From Candidatus Woesearchaeota archaeon (lineage in GTDB: Archaea; Nanobdellota; Nanobdellia; Pacearchaeales; GW2011-AR1), in NCBI GenBank assembly GCA_964366325.1, contig CAYITD010000002.1, positions 100,548 to 164,547 on the forward strand: 64,000 nt of DNA, in the 5' to 3' direction. Made by a program: the position numbers and the translations under genes. The notes beneath the pieces were generated by a model. It saw only the letters and a list, made by a program, of their open reading frames with translations. It was not told the origin of the DNA and ran no database searches. Positions 38,256-47,400 of the stretch are shown piece after piece. Position 1 is the first letter of the stretch, and each line of letters starts with the position of its first letter.

Positions 38256-39239
38256 TTAAGAAGCCTTAAAAATCTTTCTAATCAACTTATCTGCCATTCC
38301 ATAAATTTTAATTTTATTTACTTTTTCAATGTTTTTCAAAATATCTTTAGAAAATATTCCTACACCTTTTTCAGCACCATGGAAAGCACAAGCAATCTCA
38401 GAAGTAGTTTGATTATCTCCACCGCATCTCATAGACAATAAAGAAGATTCTTCAGGACTATTCAAGACAATATAATTTGCAAAAGCGCTAGGAACAACAT
38501 CTCTTGCAAACCAGCTAACTCCAATTCGTTTTACAATATACTCTCTTGCCTCTTCCAAATTTTTGCCTCTTAAATTTCTTAACAATCCTTCTAATATTTC
38601 ATCAATTCTTGGTTCGGTTGTTTTTGCTCCAAACTTTCCATGATATTTTCTGATAGCTTTTATTGCCTCTTTTATGGCGTCAAACTTATTTTTTCCATTA
38701 ATCAAAGAAGCGAGAGTTACATTAGAAGCTATCGCTGCATCAATTGCAACATCTGTATTATGAGAAATTATGCAAGAATTAATAGTATTTTCAATCAACA
38801 ATTTTTCATTATTATAAAAATACATTCCAATTGGAAGCCCTCTCATTGCAGAACCGCAGGTTATTCCAGTTTTTCCCATTTCATAAACATTCTCCCCTGC
38901 AATAATTTTTGTGATTGCCTTTTGTGTGCTTGGTCCATAAACGTCACCCTTAAAGACATTATACTTTTTATGCAAAACTAGCAAATAATCCTTAAATATT
39001 TCTGGTGTGATTTTTCCATATTTAATTAATATATCATAAATCAGCTTCGTCTGTGTATATTGATCATAAAGTTTATATCTAGAACCATAAATTTCAAAAT
39101 CATAATACTGTGCAAATTTTTTATCTCCAAATCTTCTTAATGCTTCTTTTGGTTCAAGCATTGGAGAAAATCTAGGATTTACACCTGCACCAAAATATAA
39201 GCCAATGAACGCTCCCTTGATCTTATTTTTAACATCCAT
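38256..39239 (-). CDS. ADP-ribosylglycohydrolase (DraG/ARH) family protein with degenerate metal-binding motifs
   Basis: KIKGAFIG, YGPST..A, TCGSAMR..PIG, ISHN, GGDNQT..IACAFHGA..G. Confidence 0.8.
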   Translation of the reverse strand: MDVKNKIKGAFIGLYFGAGVNPRFSPMLEPKEALRRFGDKKFAQYYDFEIYGSRYKLYDQYTQTKLIYDILIKYGKITPEIFKDYLLVLHKKYNVFKGDVYGPSTQKAITKIIAGENVYEMGKTGITCGSAMRGLPIGMYFYNNEKLLIENTINSCIISHNTDVAIDAAIASNVTLASLINGKNKFDAIKEAIKAIRKYHGKFGAKTTEPRIDEILEGLLRNLRGKNLEEAREYIVKRIGVSWFARDVVPSAFANYIVLNSPEESSLLSMRCGGDNQTTSEIACAFHGAEKGVGIFSKDILKNIEKVNKIKIYGMADKLIRKIFKAS

Positions 39240-39322
39240 TAGATTTAGAAATTTGAGAAGGATATAAATTTATCTGAAAAATACTGCTCTTTTTTGAATA
39301 GTTCCAAACTTCAACAATTAAT

Positions 39323-39350
39323 GCCTCGCGCGTTCGGCGCTTCGCGCCTC
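39323..39350. repeat. Short GC-rich palindromic (REP-like) element
   Basis: ggcgc-ttc-gcgcc hairpin at 39336-39348 inside a GC-rich patch of an AT-rich intergenic region. Confidence 0.5.
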
Positions 39351-39385
39351 ACATTTATTGTGGCTATTTTTTAGTAAGTAAAAGC

Positions 39386-39712
39386 CTAACTTTCAAAAAT
39401 TTCTTTCTTCGGATTCTCCAAGTTATCAAAAACTCTTCTTCTTTGCTCATCCGTCTCACTTCCATACAAAACCCAATAAGAAAAAAAAGTCTCAGCTTCC
39501 GAATCTCTACAAAAAGCAGTCCTTCTAAGAGCCACAAACCAAGGATTTTGTTCTATAATCTTTCTAGAAGATAGAATCTGCGTTGGAGTAACATCATCCA
39601 AAAGATAAGCCCCGCTATCATCACAAGAATTTGAAGCTGGAATACCTACATCCATGGCTCTAGCTAAATCTCCAACTAAATCATAACTATTAACCACAAA
39701 GTCATATCTCAT
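39386..39712 (-). CDS. Hypothetical protein
   Basis: ORF with ATG at 39712 and a TTTATAAG box upstream. Confidence 0.55.
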   Translation of the reverse strand: MRYDFVVNSYDLVGDLARAMDVGIPASNSCDDSGAYLLDDVTPTQILSSRKIIEQNPWFVALRRTAFCRDSEAETFFSYWVLYGSETDEQRRRVFDNLENPKKEIFES

Positions 39713-39776
39713 ACAAAAAAGCCAAGAATTAGCCTTATAAATCTTACTATTCACGAGTTAAAAAAATACCAAAAAG

Positions 39777-40313
39777 TCATAATTCAAACTCTAAAAGTTC
39801 ACAATTCCCAACTCTAGAATTCCTTGCCTCATAATTACTCAATTTAAAAACAGCCTCTCTGGCAGCCATAATTGGCCATTCATGTGAAACAACCAAAACA
39901 CATTCATACTTCTTCTTTTTTAAAGAATTCAAAAATTCAGAAAGCCGCTCAACCAGTTCATTCCAACTCTCTCCATCTTTAGTTTTAAAATTATATTTAT
40001 TCCCAGCTTCTTTATCCAAATAAAATCTCGTAGTCTTTCCTTCAAATTCTCTTCCTGCTTTAAATTCATTAACTCTCTTATCAAATTTAATTTTTGCTCC
40101 CAAAACTTTATTAATTATCTCCGCAGTTTCTCTAGCGCGCAAGAACTCCGAACAAAATATCAGCTCTATCTTCTTTCTCTTTAATTTCCCAGACACTTCA
40201 AAAGCTTGCTTCTTTCCAGTTTCATTCAATCCAATCTTAATTTTTTTATCTTGATTAATAACTCTCTTCAAATTATAATCATATTGTCCATGTCTTAAAA
40301 AAATAACTCTCAT
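39777..40313 (-). CDS. Histidine phosphatase (phosphoglycerate mutase-like) family protein
   Basis: FLRHG, S...RARETA, GES, VVSH. Confidence 0.9.
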   Translation of the reverse strand: MRVIFLRHGQYDYNLKRVINQDKKIKIGLNETGKKQAFEVSGKLKRKKIELIFCSEFLRARETAEIINKVLGAKIKFDKRVNEFKAGREFEGKTTRFYLDKEAGNKYNFKTKDGESWNELVERLSEFLNSLKKKKYECVLVVSHEWPIMAAREAVFKLSNYEARNSRVGNCELLEFEL

Positions 40314-40342
40314 TAAAACACAAAGAACAGCTTGTTTTATAA

Positions 40343-41677
40343 TCATTTCTTAAAGGGATAACTTCTGCCAACGCCGTAATAATTAAAACCATGTCTGTTT
40401 GCATCCTGAGGTCTCCAACGATTTCTCAAATCAAAAATATCATTTCCTTTCATTACTTCATTCAAATGTTTAAAGTCAACAGAATCAAATTCAGACCACT
40501 CAGTTAATAAAACAAGCGCGTCAGCTCCGTTAGCTACTTCGTATGCACCATCTCCAAATTTTATATTATCCCCAAATATTTTTCTTGCTTTCTTATCCAT
40601 TGGCTCATAAGCCACAACTTTAGCACCACGATTGATCAATCCTGTAACAATAGGTACAGAAGGAGAATCTCGCATATCATCAGTATCTGGTTTAAAAGTC
40701 AAACCTAATACTGCAATAGTTGGCCTAATTTTCTGCTCTAACAAAGTAGATATTCTATCACCCATATATACCTTATGTGCTTCATTTGATTCATGCACCC
40801 TTCCTAATAAAATAGGATCATAACCATCTTTTCTAGCTCTGCTAACAAGAGCAGGAACATCCTTTGGAAAACAACTTCCACCATATCCGGCTCCAGGAAA
40901 CAAAAACTGGTATCCTATTCTTGCATCAGAAGAAATCATTCTTCTGATTGTGTCCATATCAGCTCCAAGAGTAACATCAGCTATTCGTGCAAATTCGTTC
41001 ACCGAAGCGACTCTCATTGCCAAAGAAGCATTGGACATAAGTTTAGCTAATTCAGCATCTGCTGGAGAACCTATTTCAAATTTATCAGTTCTCCTAACAA
41101 AAGGATGATAAATTTGTTTTAGTCTATCGATCGCTAAATGAGAATCAGAACCTATAATAATCCTATCAGGTTTAGAAAAATTAGCAACAGCTGTTCCTTC
41201 AGACAAAGTTTCAGGATTAGAGACATAATTCCAAATCCTCTCTTTTTTACCTATTTTTGAATTTATTATATCGCTAATTTCTCTGTGAGTTCCCTGCTCA
41301 ACCGTACTTCTCATGACAACAGTTTTTTCTCCACAACTAACTCCTCTCAAAATTTCACCTATCTCGCTGGAAACTTTACGCACATAATCCATATTAAAAG
41401 AACCATCTGGATTAGAAGGTGTGCCAACGCAAACAAATATAGTTTCAGATCCAACAACTCCCTCCCTTAAATCAGAAGTGAAAGTTAAAAGTCCTTTTTC
41501 ACTAGCAGACCTAACTTCATTTTCCAAGCCAGGTTCAAAAAAGTGTACCTCTCCCTGGTTTAATTTTCTAACCACTCCTTGATCGCTATCAACGCAAATG
41601 ACTTGATTACCTCTGCTAGCTAACATAGTTCCAGTAACAAGCCCTACATATCCCGTACCCACTACTCCAATATTCAT
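40343..41677 (-). CDS. ugd: UDP-glucose/GDP-mannose dehydrogenase
   Basis: GTGYVGL, CVGTP, SNPE, GYGGSCFPKD, GLTFKPDTDDMRDSP. Confidence 0.93.
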   Translation of the reverse strand: MNIGVVGTGYVGLVTGTMLASRGNQVICVDSDQGVVRKLNQGEVHFFEPGLENEVRSASEKGLLTFTSDLREGVVGSETIFVCVGTPSNPDGSFNMDYVRKVSSEIGEILRGVSCGEKTVVMRSTVEQGTHREISDIINSKIGKKERIWNYVSNPETLSEGTAVANFSKPDRIIIGSDSHLAIDRLKQIYHPFVRRTDKFEIGSPADAELAKLMSNASLAMRVASVNEFARIADVTLGADMDTIRRMISSDARIGYQFLFPGAGYGGSCFPKDVPALVSRARKDGYDPILLGRVHESNEAHKVYMGDRISTLLEQKIRPTIAVLGLTFKPDTDDMRDSPSVPIVTGLINRGAKVVAYEPMDKKARKIFGDNIKFGDGAYEVANGADALVLLTEWSEFDSVDFKHLNEVMKGNDIFDLRNRWRPQDANRHGFNYYGVGRSYPFKK

Positions 41678-41821
41678 TTCTTCTCCAAAAAATAAACAGA
41701 AAACTCAATTTTTAAACATTATCGTATAGAAAAGCAACAATTAGTAAAGAACAAAAAAGCAAATATACATATCTATTTAAACAAGAAAGACATTTAATAT
41801 TAACTAAATTGTGGAGGAAAA

Positions 41822-42142
41822 ATGACAAACAAATGGTCCTATCTTATTTTGGTAGCGCTTCTAACGACCACAGTCTTCTCTTCTTTCGTTGTCGCAGGCA
41901 CAACCTTGTATCAAACAAGTCTTATGTGCAGCAATGATGACATTGGAATAGTTAACGCTGGAAAGTATTGTTTAACCCCTAGTGCACTATCAGCACACTG
42001 GTGCAGCACTGGAATGGCTGTTTCATCGTGTAATGAAGGATGTACTATGTACAACAATGCAAACGGATGCGGAACAGGAAACTGGGGAGCGAACTGTAAA
42101 GCAGGTTGTACAGGCTCAGCCGGATGTAATACAGCATACTAA
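41822..42142 (+). CDS. Small secreted Cys/Gly-rich peptide (9 Cys)
   Basis: GGAGG ribosome-binding site, signal peptide ending VVA-G, about 80-aa mature region with 9 Cys, T-rich tract downstream. Confidence 0.8.
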   Translation: MTNKWSYLILVALLTTTVFSSFVVAGTTLYQTSLMCSNDDIGIVNAGKYCLTPSALSAHWCSTGMAVSSCNEGCTMYNNANGCGTGNWGANCKAGCTGSAGCNTAY

Positions 42143-42148
42143 AACTTA

Positions 42149-42175
42149 ATTTTTTTCTTGTTTTCTTTTTGTTTC
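42149..42175 (+). terminator. Archaeal oligo-T terminator
   Basis: tttttttcttgttttctttttgttt immediately after the stop codon. Confidence 0.55.
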
Positions 42176-42238
42176 CAATCTTCTATTTCTTAACTATATA
42201 ATAGTAATACTTAAATATTACAAATGGCTATCGACTAG

Positions 42239-42931
42239 ATGGAAAGAGTAAAATATAGCAATAGAAGAGTATGGTCAAAAACAGCACTAGCTGTTAGTTT
42301 AGGCCTTGGAGCTGCAGCCCTCATACCAGCAACACATTACATTCAGAAAGACAGACTCAGATACGCCTTTAATGCTATAGTTCCAGACGAATATGCATTC
42401 ACAGAAATCAGCAATCAAGAAGATAGAGTTCTCCCCTCCAGTATGAAAATAAGCACAATTCCTCTTTATACAGATGGGCTTTGTGATTGTGTCGCTATAG
42501 TTTTATATTCAGGAGATCCAAACGAAATAATTGCCCTAAGCCACTATGGTGTAGGAGATCAAATCAAGAATATGAGAAATAAAAGTCAATTAGAGAATTT
42601 TCTCTTAAAATCAGGAAAAGAAAGAGTTAATCAAATCTTAGAAGGAGTAGAGAGCACACATGATCGATTTTATGAGGGAAAAAGTTGGCACCCAGATCTA
42701 AGAAAAAAGCCTTTTGAAAAAGCGAAAGCGAAAGCATTTGTAGTTGGAGGCCTAAAAAGATATGGAGAAGTCATTGTTGATGAATTTAAAAGAAAAGGTG
42801 TTCCAGTCAATTCTTATTTTGATGAAACAGGAAATGATGCAGAAAAAGTTTATAATAAAACAGTAGTAGTAGCAAAAAATAGACAAGTAATCATAAAATC
42901 TCAAAATGGAGATTTTGTTGAATTAAGATAA
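42239..42931 (+). CDS. Membrane-anchored CheD/CNF1-like putative deamidase
   Basis: N-terminal TM helix; LYTDGLCDCVAIVLY...ALSH (TxGLxxC...H); AFVVGG. Confidence 0.6.
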   Translation: MERVKYSNRRVWSKTALAVSLGLGAAALIPATHYIQKDRLRYAFNAIVPDEYAFTEISNQEDRVLPSSMKISTIPLYTDGLCDCVAIVLYSGDPNEIIALSHYGVGDQIKNMRNKSQLENFLLKSGKERVNQILEGVESTHDRFYEGKSWHPDLRKKPFEKAKAKAFVVGGLKRYGEVIVDEFKRKGVPVNSYFDETGNDAEKVYNKTVVVAKNRQVIIKSQNGDFVELR

Positions 42932-42940
42932 ATCAAAAAC

Positions 42941-43369
42941 ATGGCGAAAGAAAATCCAATACCTATTCATCTCTATCTTTCTAAAGAGGAAGTTGAAAAA
43001 AGAAAAAATGATTATCAATGTATACACTATGATAAAAAAACAAGAAGATGTGGAGTAAACAATAAAACTCCAGAATGTGGAGGAAGACTTTTTAATTGTT
43101 CATTTTTTGAAGTTGCACAAAATAAAGGAATTGTAGTCCTTTTAACATATAAACCTACTAGAAATCCACCCACACAAGTTCAAAGCACATTTTACCTAGA
43201 CGCATGCCTCCCAGAAGATGCTCAAGCAGTATTAAGAATTGCTGGAATATTTGAACATAAAAAAGCGTTTCTCCAAGCCAAAGGAGCATACAAATATGCT
43301 TTATCTATAGATCCTAAAAACGAGAAAGCCCAAGAAGGATTTTCAAGATTAGAAGAGTTAACAGGATAA
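42941..43369 (+). CDS. Hypothetical protein with Cys cluster and C-terminal TPR-like repeat
   Basis: Four Cys in CIHY..RC..EC..NC; AYKYALSIDPKNEKA. Confidence 0.6.
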   Translation: MAKENPIPIHLYLSKEEVEKRKNDYQCIHYDKKTRRCGVNNKTPECGGRLFNCSFFEVAQNKGIVVLLTYKPTRNPPTQVQSTFYLDACLPEDAQAVLRIAGIFEHKKAFLQAKGAYKYALSIDPKNEKAQEGFSRLEELTG

Positions 43370-43420
43370 ATAAAAAGCAATGATATATAATCTTTTAAAT
43401 TGTTAAAAATTTTAAAAATC

Positions 43421-43798
43421 ATGGAACAAAAAGATATAATTATAAAAAACGAATATCCAATTTGGATAAAACTTCTTCATCATGATTATTTAGAAAGAAC
43501 TAGTAAAATAGCTGGAAAATGGGTTTATCACGATTCCCCAAATAGATTAGCGATAATAGCCGTGAGCTTGGCTCAATTAATCGTAGAAGATTTAACAAGA
43601 CAAATAAAATACAGACCTACTTTAAATAATCCTAATGGACCATTTAGAAGTTTTTTACCTCCTCTATGTGTTTACTCTGAACCAGAAAATAAAGATCAAT
43701 TATACGAAAGAATCATTCAATATGATTTGCAAAATGTTTATTGGCAGTCTAATGAAGATACAAGAGAATTGCATAAAAGAATTAGACAATCAAAATGA
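43421..43798 (+). CDS. Hypothetical protein with possible DUF1917/eIF4E-like fold
   Basis: GKW..Y, IKY and LCVYS motifs. Confidence 0.5.
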   Translation: MEQKDIIIKNEYPIWIKLLHHDYLERTSKIAGKWVYHDSPNRLAIIAVSLAQLIVEDLTRQIKYRPTLNNPNGPFRSFLPPLCVYSEPENKDQLYERIIQYDLQNVYWQSNEDTRELHKRIRQSK

Positions 43799-43832
43799 AA
43801 AATAATTCTACTAAAAATCAAAAATAGAAAGA

Positions 43833-44171
43833 TTAATTTATTTTCCAACCATTATCATTAGCAAGTTTATTTAATGTTTCTTTTATACCGCTCAAAACAG
43901 AATCCTCACGATCAAACAGATCCAACTGAAAAAGACCTACTTTTCCACCAGCAACAACAGAGTTTACAACACATTCAGTTTCGTTTTTGATGTCTACCAA
44001 AATAATAACAGACATATCAGCATTTTGCAAAAGTGAATACTTTTCAAGAACAAAAAAATAAGTTTTGCCCGTACTAGAGATATAATCAAAAGAAGGTTTA
44101 AGCTCTTTTTTTAAAATAGTAGGAAGTATCCTAATATTTTTTCCTTTTACTATATACTTAGCATGCTTCAT
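43833..44171 (-). CDS. DUF6054-like protein
   Basis: VLEKYS....MSV.ILV....VVAGG..GLF pattern. Confidence 0.55.
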   Translation of the reverse strand: MKHAKYIVKGKNIRILPTILKKELKPSFDYISSTGKTYFFVLEKYSLLQNADMSVIILVDIKNETECVVNSVVAGGKVGLFQLDLFDREDSVLSGIKETLNKLANDNGWKIN

Positions 44172-44219
44172 TAAAAATTATAGCCAAACAATGATATATA
44201 AATTCTTCTTAAAAATTAA

Positions 44220-44313
44220 CTTATAGACAATTAGGTTAATTATATTCCTAGTTTTTCCAAATTGTCTATAAGAGATTTAGGAGCAGAAAGTAACTCAATT
44301 ATCCTAAATCTCT
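44220..44313. other. Two adjacent long perfect inverted repeats (double hairpin)
   Basis: cttatagacaatt (44220-44232) / aattgtctataag (44260-44272); agagatttagga (44271-44282) / tcctaaatctct (44302-44313). Confidence 0.75.
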
Positions 44314-44351
44314 GTATATAAATATAAAAACTCCTCTAAACAACTTTAATT

Positions 44352-45317
44352 ATGGAATACAAATATCAAATGAAACCTCTATTAAAAGAAAGAATGCAAA
44401 AACTTCTCCCAGATGAGCAAGACTTTGCAGAATACGAAAGAATAACCCATGAAGAAACTAGAAGCTACATAAGATGTAATACTCTCAAAATCTCAATAGA
44501 AGAATTATTCTCAAAACTCTCAGAAAAATGGTCCGTCAAACAACCTTTTCCAAAGCATCCAGAAATAATGCTTGTCTTATCCGATTTAATGCCTGGAGAA
44601 TTAGGTAATTCATTAGAACACACTTTAGGATATTATTACATTCAAGAAATATCTTCAATGCTTCCAGTTCTTTCTCTAAATCCGGAGCCAGAAGAATTTG
44701 TTCTTGATGTATTCGCCTCACCAGGTTCAAAAACAACACAAATTGCAGCTAAAATGAATAATACTGGAACATTGCTTGCAAACGATCTTAAAATAGAAAG
44801 AATTAAAATCCTTTCTTCAAACACAGAAAAATGCGGAGTCACAAATTGCATAATAACAAGAAATGATGCAATAAACCTCTGTGGAAATCTTTCAAAAACA
44901 GACTTCAAATTTGACAAAATACTTCTTGATTCTCCTTGTTCTGGAGAAGGAATTTTTCGCTCATCTCCAAAAACAATGAATATTTGGAATTTTAACGTAA
45001 TAAAAGGATTATCAAAACAACAAAAGAAATTTATTTCTCTTGCCTTAAAATGTCTAAAAAAAGGTGGAACTTTAGTGTATTCAACATGTACTCATGCTCC
45101 AGAAGAAAACGAAGAAATAGTTGATTTCGCTTTAAACAATTTTCCAGTCAAAATAGAAAATCTTTCTCTACCTCTAAAATCAAGACCAGGAATAACAGAA
45201 TGGAATGGAAAAACATTCCACAAAGACATTATAAAATGCGCACGTATTTATCCCCAAGACAACGATTCCGAAGGTTTTTTTCTAGCTAAGTTAACTTTAC
45301 TAGAGGAATTAAAATGA
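44352..45317 (+). CDS. NOL1/NOP2/RsmB-family RNA m5C methyltransferase
   Basis: IRCNTLK, YIQE..SM, ASPGSKT, DSPCSGEG, YSTCT..PEENE. Confidence 0.93.
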   Translation: MEYKYQMKPLLKERMQKLLPDEQDFAEYERITHEETRSYIRCNTLKISIEELFSKLSEKWSVKQPFPKHPEIMLVLSDLMPGELGNSLEHTLGYYYIQEISSMLPVLSLNPEPEEFVLDVFASPGSKTTQIAAKMNNTGTLLANDLKIERIKILSSNTEKCGVTNCIITRNDAINLCGNLSKTDFKFDKILLDSPCSGEGIFRSSPKTMNIWNFNVIKGLSKQQKKFISLALKCLKKGGTLVYSTCTHAPEENEEIVDFALNNFPVKIENLSLPLKSRPGITEWNGKTFHKDIIKCARIYPQDNDSEGFFLAKLTLLEELK

Positions 45318-45781
45318 ACGCCAGATTCATAAAATCAAGTGAAAAGAAAGAAATTCTAAATGAATTAAATGAATACTATGGAGTATCAAAACTTCCCTAT
45401 CTCCTTATAGAAACCGGAAGACAAAGAATAAGAGCCTTCTCTGGCAGTTTAAGCAAAGAAGAAATATTAAAACTTGCAAGACACGCAAACATAGAAATAA
45501 TCGGCTTATATTTAGCAAGTAAAAGAGACGATGACATAAGATTAAATTTTGATGCTGTCTCTCTTCTAAAAGATCAAATAAAAGAGAACATAGTTGAGAT
45601 AGATGAAAAACAATTAGCTCTCTGGATCCGTGGTTTCGATCTTGATATAAAATACAAAAGAGGACCAGTTGTAATAAAATACAAAGATGAAATCGTAGGC
45701 GTTGGTAAATCAAATGAAGAAAAACTCTTTAACTACATCCCAAAAGAAAGAAAAGTCAGGACTCCTGTGCCATCTCTATAA
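45314..45781 (+). CDS. RsmF C-terminal-like/PUA-related RNA-binding accessory protein
   Basis: ATGA overlap with the methyltransferase; W..G.D, G.GK, NYIPKER. Confidence 0.75.
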   Translation: MNARFIKSSEKKEILNELNEYYGVSKLPYLLIETGRQRIRAFSGSLSKEEILKLARHANIEIIGLYLASKRDDDIRLNFDAVSLLKDQIKENIVEIDEKQLALWIRGFDLDIKYKRGPVVIKYKDEIVGVGKSNEEKLFNYIPKERKVRTPVPSL

Positions 45782-45848
45782 ATTTTATTACTACACTAGA
45801 TAACAAATAATAACCTCTCTTTAAATAGCTCATTTTCAACAAAATTTT

Positions 45849-46250
45849 ATGAGTTTATCAAATAAATTCTCAATAGGAGCAGTTGCGCTAGCTGGAATAT
45901 TATGTAATCAAAGAGTTGAAGGAAATTTAGATAAAAGAGATTGCATTTATGGAAGTTCACAAAGGGCAGAAGTAGAAGATCCAAACAAAAGAAAAACTAA
46001 AAATTATAGCTTTGAAGGAGAACAAGTTAAATGGTGTGATCTCATGCTTGCTCCAAATAAACAGCATAACGATAAAAAAGTTGATGATTGTGACGTAAGA
46101 GTACATAGAATAACAGAGTATTATCAAGAGGTTATAAATCAAAAAGATAGAGAACTTAAAGATTTAAGAAACGCAAGTACCTTAACACTCATTGGAACAA
46201 GTTTATTATCTCTTGGTATAATCTATGCAAATAAAAGAAAAAAGGCGTAA
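45849..46250 (+). CDS. Hypothetical secreted protein with C-terminal TM anchor
   Basis: Hydrophobic N-terminus; C-terminal TM helix followed by KRKK. Confidence 0.6.
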   Translation: MSLSNKFSIGAVALAGILCNQRVEGNLDKRDCIYGSSQRAEVEDPNKRKTKNYSFEGEQVKWCDLMLAPNKQHNDKKVDDCDVRVHRITEYYQEVINQKDRELKDLRNASTLTLIGTSLLSLGIIYANKRKKA

Positions 46251-46270
46251 AAATAAATAAACATTCAATT

Positions 46271-47059
46271 CTATCTCTTCTTTTTCATCTCAAAGTAAAA
46301 GTTCTTAAAGAAAAATATTAGGAAAGGAATAGCTATCAATTTCTCTATAGAACTAGAGACAAAACCTAAAATAGAATGAATAAGATAAAAAGTAAAGCTC
46401 ACAGGAGAATTAGCATTCTTCGCCAAACTATATATAAAAGTAGTTGGAAAAACTATTGATCCTGCAACAAGAGAAATAGCTAGATAAATCAAAAACACAA
46501 CCAAAATATAGCCAACAACTTTCCACCATCTTCCTTTAACAATGTGTCTGCTTCTCTTTAAAGAAGCATTTATTCCTTTGCCCTCATCAAGTAAAACATA
46601 GCTTGAAAATGACCAATAAACAATAAAAATTATAAATGGTATAACGAACAAAATAAATAAACCAATAGAATACAAAGATAAAATTATACTTAATAAAATA
46701 TACTTCCAATAATATTTTTTACCTACTTGAACGGCATCTTTATAATTAAACTTAGATTTCTTAACGGAAACTCCTATTAAACTTGAAGATATAAAAAGTT
46801 GAAATAAAGCAAGAACAAATGCAAACAATATAGAAATAATAAAATAAGATGAGTAAAAGTAAGATCCTCCAGCTTCTATAATAGAAGAAGGATTCAAAAC
46901 AAATTGCCTCGCTCCGTTGTTATTAAATAAAAAAATCAAAGAGAAGACAAGAAAAATAAACTGGGGTATAATACCAAAAAATAAAATTAATTTAAAAATA
47001 GGTCTAAAATTAGTCCTAAAATCCTTCAGCGTTTTATTAAAAACTGTGCCAAGAGTCAT
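46271..47059 (-). CDS. Multi-pass membrane protein (GDPD membrane-domain/DUF975-like)
   Basis: LFVIPFI, SLKRS..IVKGRWWK motif. Confidence 0.75.
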   Translation of the reverse strand: MTLGTVFNKTLKDFRTNFRPIFKLILFFGIIPQFIFLVFSLIFLFNNNGARQFVLNPSSIIEAGGSYFYSSYFIISILFAFVLALFQLFISSSLIGVSVKKSKFNYKDAVQVGKKYYWKYILLSIILSLYSIGLFILFVIPFIIFIVYWSFSSYVLLDEGKGINASLKRSRHIVKGRWWKVVGYILVVFLIYLAISLVAGSIVFPTTFIYSLAKNANSPVSFTFYLIHSILGFVSSSIEKLIAIPFLIFFFKNFYFEMKKKR

Positions 47060-47184
47060 AAATCAAACCAGTTTAATTAATATAAAAAGCTATCTCTTTT
47101 ACAAAATAAAAACAAAACGATCCAACGATAACCTTAAAAAACCCCTATATTATATTTCTATGTCGTAGCTTTGTGCTATGCAAT

Positions 47185-47331
47185 CCCTCCGTAGCTCAGT
47201 GGTTAGAGCGTCTGGCTGTAGAATAGCGCAGACATTCCTCTATATTGAGGACAAGAATGAAGCGTAAGAAGCCTACCTTCAAGTGGTTTGCAGAACCCGG
47301 AAGATCCCCAGTTCGATTCTGGGCGGGGGGA
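47185..47331 (+). tRNA. tRNA-Tyr(GTA) with a 74-nt intron at 37/38 (47222-47295)
   Basis: Acceptor stem CCCTCCG/CGGGGGG + A73 (C1:G72), D arm GCTC/GAGC, anticodon stem TCTGG/CCGGA, BHB helix CTGT/GCAG with bulges AGA and AAC, T arm CCCAG-TTCGATT-CTGGG. Confidence 0.93.
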
Positions 47332-47400
47332 TATCTCTATATGTGAAACATATAGAATTAATTCTATCAAGAATTAAACAGTGCAAACTCAAACATTCTT

